From the IMG/VR virus record IMGVR_UViG_2585427764_000006: a stretch of DNA of 5,513 bases; one strand, written 5' to 3'. Of this stretch, positions 1 to 5,512 are shown piece by piece. The notes under the pieces are model-generated. The model was not told where the DNA came from. It was given only the letters and a program-made list of their open reading frames with translations, and ran no database searches. Every line of letters begins with the position of its first letter. Position 1 is the stretch's first letter. Origin of the DNA: a virus (taxonomy: Duplodnaviria; Heunggongvirae; Uroviricota; Caudoviricetes). A program made the position numbers and the translations under genes.

Positions 1-2
1 CG

Positions 3-320
3 GCAAAAGCGTTCGCATACCTGCTGAAACAGTGGGATGCACTGAACGTGTACTGCAGTAATGGCTGGGTGGAAATCGACAACAACATCGCAGAGAACGC
101 CTTACGGGGAGTGGCCGTAGGCCGGAAAAACTGGATGTTCGCGGGTTCCGACAGCGGTGGTGAACATGCGGCGGTGTTGTACTCGCTGATCGGCACATGC
201 CGTCTGAACAATGTGGAGCCAGAAAAGTGGCTGCGTTACGTCATTGAACATATCCAGGACTGGCCGGCAAACCGGGTACGCGATCTGTTGCCCTGGAAAG
301 TTGATCTGAGCTCTCAGTAA
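3..320 (+). CDS. IS66-family transposase, C-terminal fragment (5' end outside window)
   Basis: The frame is open from position 3 (AKAFAYLLKQWDALNVYCSNGWVEIDNNIAENALRGVAVGRKNWMFAGSDSGGEHAAVLYSLIGTCRLNNVEPEKWLRYV...). The EIDNN-AE-ALR...GRKNW-FAGS motif block is, from memory, characteristic of the C-terminus of IS66-family DDE transposases. The GTG at 48 in the ORF track is not the true start. Confidence 0.85.
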   Translation, partial: AKAFAYLLKQWDALNVYCSNGWVEIDNNIAENALRGVAVGRKNWMFAGSDSGGEHAAVLYSLIGTCRLNNVEPEKWLRYVIEHIQDWPANRVRDLLPWKVDLSSQ

Positions 321-321
321 A

Positions 322-350
322 TATCAATACGGTTCTGACGAGTCGCTTAC
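322..350 (-). repeat. Candidate IS66 terminal inverted repeat (right end)
   Basis: The minus strand reads 5'-GTAAGCGACTCGTCAGAACCGTATTGATAT from position 350. The exact IR length cannot be fixed without the left end. Confidence 0.5.
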
Positions 351-351
351 C

Positions 352-1479
352 TTCAGCATCCGGACGTTCGCCAATTTTCGCCTCCCACGTCTCACCGAGC
401 GTGGTGTTTACGAAGGTTTTACGTTTTCCCGTATCCCCTTTCGTTTTCATCCAGTCTTTGACAATCTGCACCCAGGTGGTGAACGGGCTGTACACCGTCC
501 AGATGTGAAAGGTCACGCTGTCCGGCGGCTCAATCTCTTCACCGGATGACGAAAACCAGAGAATGCCATCACGGGTCCAGATCCCGGTCTTTTCGCAGAT
601 ATAACGGGCATCAGTGAAGTCCAGCTCCTGCTGGCGGATGACGCAGGCATTATGCTCGCAGAGATAAAACACGCTGGAGGGGTCATCCGGCGTCCATTTG
701 AGGCCAAACGGCGTCTCTTTGTCGCCAAATTTAAGATACTGCTCCTCCCCGCAGTGCGGGCAGGCAACATGAAAACGCATAAAATGCGGGGATTCACTGG
801 CTGCACGCTCAATCTGGCAGGTGCCTCTCACTTTGGGCGTGGAGCCACGGATGGACTTTGGCCAGACCGAGCCTTCAATACGTTTGTCGCCAAGGAACGT
901 CGGAGAGCCTTCCTGTTCAATATCCTCATCAAAGGCAGCAAGTTCATCATAACCCGCCACATCCACCGACTTTTCACGGTAGTTTTTTGCCGCTTTACCG
1001 CCCAGGCACCAGAAGCCACGACCATTGGAAAAACGCTTCATAGTGAGCGTGTTATCCCGGTGCTTTTTGCCATACCACGGAGCCAGCGCCAGCAGCGACG
1101 GAATATCGCGGATGGTCGGCTCAACGTGGGTTTTCATAAAGTTCTCGGCATCACCATCCGTCGGCAACCAGATAAGGGTGTTGCGCTGCTTATGCTCTAT
1201 GAAGTAGGCATAAACACCCAGCAGCATTTTGGAATAACCAACACGGGCAGACTTCACCACATTCACCTCGCGGACGTAGTCACTGCCCATCGCATTCATG
1301 ATGGCCCGCTGAAAGGGCAGTGTTTCCCAGCGCCCTTCCTGGTATGCGGATTCTTTCGGGAGATAGTAATTGGCATCCGCCCATTCAACGGCGGTCTGTG
1401 GCTCCGGCCGGAACAGTGAGCGAAGCCCGGCGCGGACAAAATGCCGCAGCCTGTTAACCTGACTGTTCGATATATTCAC
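352..1479 (-). pseudogene. A: Terminase large subunit (lambda gpA-like), N-terminal 376 codons, interrupted by the IS66 insertion
   Basis: The translation MNISNSQVNRLRHFVRAGLRSLFRPEPQTAVEWADANYYLPKES...TLGETWEAKIGERPDAE matches lambda gpA as I recall it. Full-length gpA is about 641 aa. After codon 376 the ORF runs into IS-derived sequence (GKRLVRTVLIFTESSDQ...) and stops at 241. The start overlaps the Nu1 3' end by 26 nt, as in lambda. Confidence 0.9.
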
Positions 1480-1999
1480 TCAGCAACCCCGGTATCAGTT
1501 CATCCAGCGCGGCTGCTTTGTTCATGGCTTTGATGATATCCCGTTTCAGGAAATCAACATGTCGGTTTTCCAGTTCCGGAAAACGCCGCTGCACCGACAG
1601 GGGGATCCCGTCGAGAATACTGGCAATTTCACCTGCGATCCGCGACAGCACGAAAGTACAGAATGCGGTTTCCACCACTTCAGCGGAGTCTCTGGCATTC
1701 TTCAGTTCCTGTGCGTCGGCCTGCGCACGCGTAAGTCGATGGCGTTCGTACTCAATAGTCCCTGGCTGGAGATCTGTCTCGCTGGCCTGCCGCAGTTCTT
1801 CAACTTCCCGGCGCAGCTTTTCGTTCTCAATTTCAGCATCCCTTTCGGCATACCATCTTATAACGGCGGCAGAGTCATAAAGCACCTCATTACCCTTGCC
1901 ACCGCCTCGCAGAACGGGCATTCCCTGTTCCTGCCAGTTCTGAATGGTACGGATACTCGCACCGAAAATGTCAGCCAGCTGCTTTTTGTTGACTTCCAT
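1454..1999 (-). CDS. nu1: Terminase small subunit (lambda gpNu1-like), apparently intact
   Basis: The 181-aa product MEVNKKQLADIFGASIRTIQNWQEQGMPVLRGGGKGNEVLYDSAAV... is near-identical to lambda Nu1 as recalled. It begins with the winged-helix DNA-binding region and lies immediately downstream of cosB. Confidence 0.95.
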   Translation of the reverse strand: MEVNKKQLADIFGASIRTIQNWQEQGMPVLRGGGKGNEVLYDSAAVIRWYAERDAEIENEKLRREVEELRQASETDLQPGTIEYERHRLTRAQADAQELKNARDSAEVVETAFCTFVLSRIAGEIASILDGIPLSVQRRFPELENRHVDFLKRDIIKAMNKAAALDELIPGLLSEYIEQSG

Positions 2000-2024
2000 T
2001 GTTCATTCCACGGACAAAAACAGA

Positions 2025-2079
2025 GAAAGGAAACGACAGAGGCCAAAAAGCCCGTTTTCAGCACCTGTCGTTTCCTTTC
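2025..2079 (-). promoter_or_regulatory. cosB terminase-binding R elements (R1/R2-like inverted pair)
   Basis: GAAAGGAAACGACAG at 2025-2039 and its exact reverse complement CTGTCGTTTCCTTTC at 2065-2079 form a perfect 15-bp inverted pair separated by 25 bp. They sit where lambda cosB R1/R2 sit relative to the Nu1 start. An R3-like copy (GAAGAACGGAAATG) is at about 2121-2138. Confidence 0.7.
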
Positions 2080-2176
2080 TTTTCAGGGGGTATTTTAAAT
2101 AAAAACATTAAGTTACAACGAAGAAGAACGGAAATGCCTTAAACCGGAAAATTTTCATAAATAGCGAAAACCCGCG

Positions 2177-2188
2177 AGGTCGCCGCCC
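2177..2188 (-). other. cosN (12-nt cohesive-end segment of the cos site)
   Basis: The plus strand reads AGGTCGCCGCCC, the reverse complement of the lambda cohesive end GGGCGGCGACCT. The flanks also match the lambda ends as recalled (CGCGGGTTTTCGCTATTTATGAAAATTTTCCGG on one side, CCGACAGGTTACG on the other). Confidence 0.85.
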
Positions 2189-2220
2189 CGTAACCTGTCG
2201 GATCGCCGGAAAGGACCCGC
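2189..2220 (-). promoter_or_regulatory. cosQ-containing region (packaging termination element) adjacent to cosN
   Basis: CGTAACCTGTCGGATCGCCGGAAAGGACCCGC is the reverse complement of the sequence that directly precedes cosN at the lambda right end, with apparently one substitution relative to my recollection of lambda. Confidence 0.5.
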
Positions 2221-2224
2221 AAAA

Positions 2225-2239
2225 TGATAATAATTATCA
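2225..2239. promoter_or_regulatory. Fur-box-like 7-1-7 palindrome (candidate iron-responsive operator)
   Basis: TGATAATAATTATCA is a perfect inverted repeat, TGATAAT-n-ATTATCA, matching the core Fur box motif. It lies about 150 bp upstream of the DUF3950 start codon on the plus strand. Confidence 0.4.
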
Positions 2240-2387
2240 TCTGCATGTCACAACGTGCATCTACGCCATCAAACCACGTCAAATAATCAATTATGACGCA
2301 GGTATCATATTAATTGATCTGCATCAACTTAACGTAAAAACAACTTCAGACAATACAAATCAGCGACACTGAATACGGGACAACCTC

Positions 2388-2621
2388 ATGTCAACGAAGA
2401 ACAGAACCCGCAGAACAACAACCCGCAACATCCGCTTTCCTAACCAAATGATTGAACAAATTAACATCGCTCTTGATCAAAAAGGGTCCGGGAATTTCTC
2501 AGCCTGGGTCATTGAAGCCTGCCGCCGGAGACTGTGCTCAGAAAAAAGAGTTTCTCCTGAAGCAAACAAAGAAAAGAGTGACATTACTGAATTGCTCAGA
2601 AAACAGATCAGACCAGATTGA
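2388..2621 (+). CDS. Small basic protein, DUF3950 family (YnfO/YlcI-like prophage protein)
   Basis: The 77-aa ORF MSTKNRTRRTTTRNIRFPNQMIEQINIALDQKGSGNFSAWVIEACRRRL... resembles the small proteins encoded next to noh/Nu1 in E. coli cryptic prophages. Its orientation is opposite to the late genes and the local sequence is AT-rich. Confidence 0.8.
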   Translation: MSTKNRTRRTTTRNIRFPNQMIEQINIALDQKGSGNFSAWVIEACRRRLCSEKRVSPEANKEKSDITELLRKQIRPD

Positions 2622-2677
2622 AGCAATTTAGATAATCGTGCAGACTACACCCCTCATATCACATGGAAGGTACTACA

Positions 2678-3088
2678 ATGGCTCAGGTTGCCATTTTTAA
2701 ACAAATATTCAATAAAGTGCGAAATAATTTAAACTATCACTGGTTTTATTCTGAACTAAAACGTCACAATGTCTCACATTACATTTACTATTTAGCCACA
2801 GAGAATATTCATCTTGTTCTTGAAAACGATAATACGGTTTTAATAAAAGGACAGGGTAAGGTTGTAAATGTAAGATTTTCAAAAAATAAATGCCTTATAG
2901 AAGCCACCTTAAAAGGATTCAAATCAGGAGAGTTATCATTTTACGAATACAGGAAAAATCTTGCTACAGCAGGGGTTTTCAGATGGATTACAAATATCCA
3001 CGAAAACAAAAGGTATTACTATACCTTTGATAATTCATTACTCTTTACTGAGAACATTCAGAACACTACACAAATATTTCCGCACTAA
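2678..3088 (+). CDS. DUF1398 family protein (YbcV/YdfO-like prophage protein)
   Basis: The ORF track gives 2663-3088, but the second ATG at 2678 is preceded by GGAAGG with about 6 nt spacing, so [14 protein letters not shown]... is the likelier start. The C-terminal block [38 protein letters not shown] is characteristic of this family as I recall it. GC content is low, about 25-30% by eye. Confidence 0.8.
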   Translation: MAQVAIFKQIFNKVRNNLNYHWFYSELKRHNVSHYIYYLATENIHLVLENDNTVLIKGQGKVVNVRFSKNKCLIEATLKGFKSGELSFYEYRKNLATAGVFRWITNIHENKRYYYTFDNSLLFTENIQNTTQIFPH

Positions 3089-3344
3089 ATCATAACGTCC
3101 GGTTTCTTCCGTGCCAGAACCGGACTCGCTGGCATGATGAAATATGTGTACCCGGTAACCCCGGTGTGCATCGTTTTTGATTATTCCCACACACTCGCGC
3201 AGAAGGAGTTCCCCGTCGGGCTACGGTCTCTGTTAATACGGGAATACGGCGACGATACAGCGCATGATGTGTCAGGCTTGAATACCTTTATCCTTTAAAA
3301 GGGATATCAGTTAAGTTATCCCGTGTAGGGTATAAGCCATTATC

Positions 3345-3373
3345 AAAGCCACTCTGTAGGAAGTGGCTTTTGT
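3345..3373 (+). terminator. Candidate intrinsic terminator for the plus-strand moron genes
   Basis: AAAGCCACT (3345-3353) pairs with AGTGGCTTT (3362-3370) around an 8-nt loop, followed by TTTTG. The GC core is only 6 bp, so this is weak to moderate. Confidence 0.3.
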
Positions 3374-3378
3374 AATGG

Positions 3379-3405
3379 CAATAAAAAGCCCCGCGAATGC
3401 GAGGC
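3379..3405 (-). terminator. Candidate rho-independent terminator downstream of the Rz/Rz1 lysis genes
   Basis: On the minus strand GCCTCGC-ATTC-GCGGGGC forms a 7-bp GC-rich stem (one G-U pair) followed directly by TTTTTAT. It sits about 175 bp downstream of the Rz stop. Confidence 0.45.
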
Positions 3406-3579
3406 TAAATCCTGGTATTTGTAATGACTGGCTCTTATCTCAACGCAGCCCCTTACCGCGCGCAAAATGCTCAATATCAAGCATCAGCAATGAGATGTTT
3501 AATCTGGATTCACTCCAGAAGTGAGCACCACCCTGTCTACAGAGCCAGATGTGAAGGATGATGAGTAAAATTATCGCTA

Positions 3580-4047
3580 TCATCGAAGGCATTGCGTCCT
3601 GATGTATTCCTGAAGCGTTCTCAGTGCTGTTTGGTCGCGGATAATTCCGTCCCGGATACCGAGAACGTTTCGTCCAGCAACTGGAGAGAGTTCGACGGTG
3701 GCATCATTGCCCATGCCGGAGGCGCTGGAGGTTTCGGCTGAGGATGGCACAGGGCATTTTCCTTTGACGAGCACCCGACCACCATTATCAAGCTTGCGCC
3801 GAAGAGCATCATTTTCAGCTTTCGCATCAGCTAACTCCTTCGTGTATTTATCATCGAGTGCATCAGCATCACGCTGGCGCTGCTGCATGTCAGTAATGGT
3901 GGCGTTCGCCTTCTCCAGTTCACTGGCCTTGTTATCGCGCTGTTCTTTGTAGGCGATTGCATTATCACGGTAATGATTAACAGCCCATGACAGGCAGACG
4001 ATGATGCAGATAACCAGAGCGGAGATAATCGCGGTTACCCTGCTCAT
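3580..4047 (-). CDS. Rz: Rz i-spanin (inner-membrane spanin subunit)
   Basis: [31 protein letters not shown]... matches the lambda Rz N-terminus with its single N-terminal transmembrane helix and coiled-coil region. The probable start is the ATG at 4047-4045, which overlaps the R stop as ATGA; the ORF track starts 4 codons earlier. The C-terminal third diverges from lambda Rz. Confidence 0.9.
   Translation of the reverse strand: MSRVTAIISALVICIIVCLSWAVNHYRDNAIAYKEQRDNKASELEKANATITDMQQRQRDADALDDKYTKELADAKAENDALRRKLDNGGRVLVKGKCPVPSSAETSSASGMGNDATVELSPVAGRNVLGIRDGIIRDQTALRTLQEYIRTQCLR
3621..3827 (-). CDS. Rz1: Rz1 o-spanin (outer-membrane lipoprotein), embedded in the +1 frame of Rz
   Basis: [21 protein letters not shown]... 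has a lipobox (VVGC) followed by a proline-rich segment ([11 protein letters not shown]), and lies wholly inside Rz in another frame, the classic embedded-spanin architecture. Confidence 0.8.
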   Translation of the reverse strand: MRKLKMMLFGASLIMVVGCSSKENALCHPQPKPPAPPAWAMMPPSNSLQLLDETFSVSGTELSATKQH

Positions 4048-4541
4048 TGTTGCCCCCACAAACAGACCTCACGCTCAATCTCACGACGAGTCATCAGGCC
4101 TTTCCATTGCTTACCGCCAGCGTATGCCCAGCGACGTAGCTGGTCACATGCGCCCTTGATATCGCCCTGGTTTATTTTGCGAAGAAGAGTAGATGTTCTG
4201 AAATTGCCTGCGCCCACGTTATAGACGAACGAGTAAAGAGCGCCGCGCGTTGTTTCCGGTATATCGACTTTGATGTACGGGTTAATTTGTCTGGCTACCG
4301 TGGCAAGGTCTTTATTCAGGAGGGCTTTGCATTCTGCTTCGGTATACGTTTTACCGGGAATGATGTCTTTTCCTGTATGCCCGTGACATACAGTCCATAC
4401 GCCAACGATATCTTTGTATGGTATGTAGCTGACACCTTCCAGACCATCGTTACCACTTGGGCCAGTGATTAACACTGATGCTATAGCAATTGCTCCGCCA
4501 CCAATAGCAGCAGCAACGGCTTTTCGTAATGATGGAGGCAT
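4044..4541 (-). CDS. R: SAR endolysin (phage 21 R-type lysozyme)
   Basis: The 165-aa product has an N-terminal Gly/Ala-rich weakly hydrophobic signal-anchor-release domain ([18 protein letters not shown]), then a T4-lysozyme-like catalytic triad at E35, D44 and T50. It is near-identical to phage 21 R as recalled. The start overlaps the S stop (TAATG). Confidence 0.93.
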   Translation of the reverse strand: MPPSLRKAVAAAIGGGAIAIASVLITGPSGNDGLEGVSYIPYKDIVGVWTVCHGHTGKDIIPGKTYTEAECKALLNKDLATVARQINPYIKVDIPETTRGALYSFVYNVGAGNFRTSTLLRKINQGDIKGACDQLRRWAYAGGKQWKGLMTRREIEREVCLWGQQ

Positions 4542-4756
4542 TATTCACCTCTCGCAGCCTTGCGCTTATCTTCTTTAATCTTGAAATAAAGGTTTGTCAG
4601 GTACGTCAGCAGGCCAAATACCAAGCTACCCAGCACACCTATTGCTGCCCACTGTGAGGGCGTGACTTTATCGAGCAACTGTAAAAACCAGTAGCCAGCA
4701 CTGCCTGCGGAGGTGCCGTAGGCAATGCCCGTTGTTAACTTATCCATGGATTTCAT
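4541..4756 (-). CDS. S: Pinholin (phage 21 S-type), dual-start class II holin
   Basis: The 71-aa product [26 protein letters not shown]... has the dual-start motif Met1-Lys-Ser-Met4 (antiholin and holin forms), two transmembrane segments and a charged C-terminus. A strong Shine-Dalgarno GGAGGTGAGGC lies immediately upstream. Confidence 0.93.
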   Translation of the reverse strand: MKSMDKLTTGIAYGTSAGSAGYWFLQLLDKVTPSQWAAIGVLGSLVFGLLTYLTNLYFKIKEDKRKAARGE

Positions 4757-4850
4757 AGCCTCACCTCCGCAAATAACGGATGGTGTACACGGTTCGGAAC
4801 GAAGAGGAAAGGTATAGAAGTTACATTAGCGTAAGGCTTGAACATCTATT

Positions 4851-4882
4851 CAAAAAGAAAAACGCCGCGATTATTCTGGCGT
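4851..4882 (-). terminator. Candidate tR'-like intrinsic terminator upstream of S
   Basis: On the minus strand ACGCC-(11-nt loop)-GGCGT is followed by TTTTTCTTTTTG, about 105 nt upstream of the S start codon. The stem is short (5 bp), so this is tentative. The position resembles the lambda late-leader terminator that Q antiterminates. Confidence 0.3.
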
Positions 4883-5002
4883 AGCTGAAAGCATCATACA
4901 ATTATCAAATACGAAAATTACAAAATCATTAAAACGCATCACGTTACATCATGTCTTTTTCTAAAAAAAATCTTGATGAATATTGATGGTGCGTATTACC
5001 GT

Positions 5003-5092
5003 GAAGGAGATCGGTGAGTAACATCGATGGAGATCGGTTCGTGTCACTTTCACAGAACCGTTTTTAAATTACCTTCACTGATCTCCTTCGGT
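5003..5092. repeat. IS21-family terminal repeat cluster
   Basis: GGAGATCGGT occurs as direct copies at 5006-5015 and 5029-5038, the first as GAAGGAGATCGGT from 5003. An inverted copy (GATCTCCTTC, reverse complement of GAAGGAGATC) lies at 5081-5090, overlapping the last istB codons. Confidence 0.5.
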
Positions 5093-5512
5093 CAACGGAG
5101 ATTGTATTTTCCGCATTGATTCTCCTTGAAGTTCGATCTTGATACTGCCATGAACCAGTCGATCTAGGATGGCATCCGCATGTGTGGAGTCTCCGATCAT
5201 TTTGTACCAGTTTTCCACCGGCAACTGGCTCACTACGATGATTGAGCCTCGTTGGTACATCAGATCCACTATTTCCAGCAGGTCGCTACGCTGTTCTGAT
5301 GAGAGAGGTTCCAGCCCCCAGTCATCCAGAAGCAGCAGATCGCTATTATTCAGCCTGGTCAAAAGTTTGCTGTATCTTCCATCAGCATGCCCCTGATAGC
5401 ACTGTTCCATCAGCGCTTTAAGGCGATAATAGTAGACCTTGTATCCCTGTCGGCAGGCATTATGACCAAGTGCACATGCCAGGAACGTTTTACCGCTGCC
5501 GGTGGCCCCGGT
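5075..5512 (-). CDS. istB: IS21-family IstB ATP-binding helper protein, C-terminal portion (5' end outside window)
   Basis: The frame is open to the window edge: TGATGSGKTFLACALGHNACRQGYKVYYYRLKALMEQCYQ... contains a Walker A P-loop (GATGSGKT), then a Walker B-like LLLLDDWG. The ORF track shows only the part from the internal Met at 5410. Confidence 0.88.
   Translation of the reverse strand, partial: TGATGSGKTFLACALGHNACRQGYKVYYYRLKALMEQCYQGHADGRYSKLLTRLNNSDLLLLDDWGLEPLSSEQRSDLLEIVDLMYQRGSIIVVSQLPVENWYKMIGDSTHADAILDRLVHGSIKIELQGESMRKIQSPLTEGDQ

Larger units (their letters stand above)
1..350 (+). mobile_element. IS66-family insertion sequence, right-hand end only (continues left of the window)
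   Basis: The transposase C-terminus reads to a stop at 318-320. About 30 bp later the minus-strand sequence starting at 350 is GTAAGCGACTCGTCAGAACC, the GTAAGCG terminus typical of IS66-family inverted repeats. Homology to terminase A ends abruptly at 351/352. Confidence 0.8.

Noticed and set aside
241-351. 3' extension of the 412-aa minus-strand ORF beyond position 352
   Set aside because: The last 36 codons are read from the end of the IS66-family element and are not part of a native gene. The terminase homology stops at 352.
652-1419. 255-aa ORF on the plus strand (also 858-1043 and 1025-1207 on the plus strand, 513-812 and 828-1025 on the minus strand)
   Set aside because: These lie entirely antisense to, or out of frame within, the strongly supported terminase A coding sequence. 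They have no recognisable protein features and no ribosome-binding sites, and are typical spurious ORFs in a GC-rich coding region.
1518-2098. Plus-strand ORFs of 120 and 179 aa (1518-1880, 1559-2098) and a 68-aa minus-strand ORF (1858-2064)
   Set aside because: They are antisense to, or overlap, the Nu1 gene and run across the cosB/cosN region. The Nu1 reading frame is near-identical to lambda Nu1, so these are frame artefacts.
2285-2334. Possible IHF sites (AATCAATTATGAC, CATCAACTTAACG) and a sigma-70 promoter for the DUF3950 gene
   Set aside because: The matches to the WATCAANNNNTTR consensus are imperfect, and I could not find a -35/-10 pair with proper spacing. A promoter must exist somewhere in 2240-2387, but I cannot place it from sequence alone.
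3134-3298. 54-aa plus-strand small ORF (MMKYVYPVTPVCIVFDYSHTLAQKEF...) in the spacer between the DUF1398 gene and Rz
   Set aside because: There is no Shine-Dalgarno sequence upstream, and the composition is not clearly coding. The region appears to correspond to non-coding sequence in lambda as far as I can recall, so it is not reported as a gene.
2000-3600. Claim of a previously undescribed biological system in this window
   Set aside because: The only genes of unknown function (DUF3950, DUF1398) belong to widespread, already catalogued prophage families in a canonical moron position. The evidence supports a mosaic, IS-damaged lambdoid prophage rather than a new system.
3698-3952. 84-aa plus-strand ORF inside Rz, and 61-aa plus-strand ORF inside R (4287-4472)
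   Set aside because: Both are antisense to well-supported lysis genes and are low-complexity Ser/Ala-rich translations typical of antisense frames.
5169-5396. 75-aa plus-strand ORF inside istB
   Set aside because: It is antisense to the IstB coding frame, which carries clear Walker A and B motifs.
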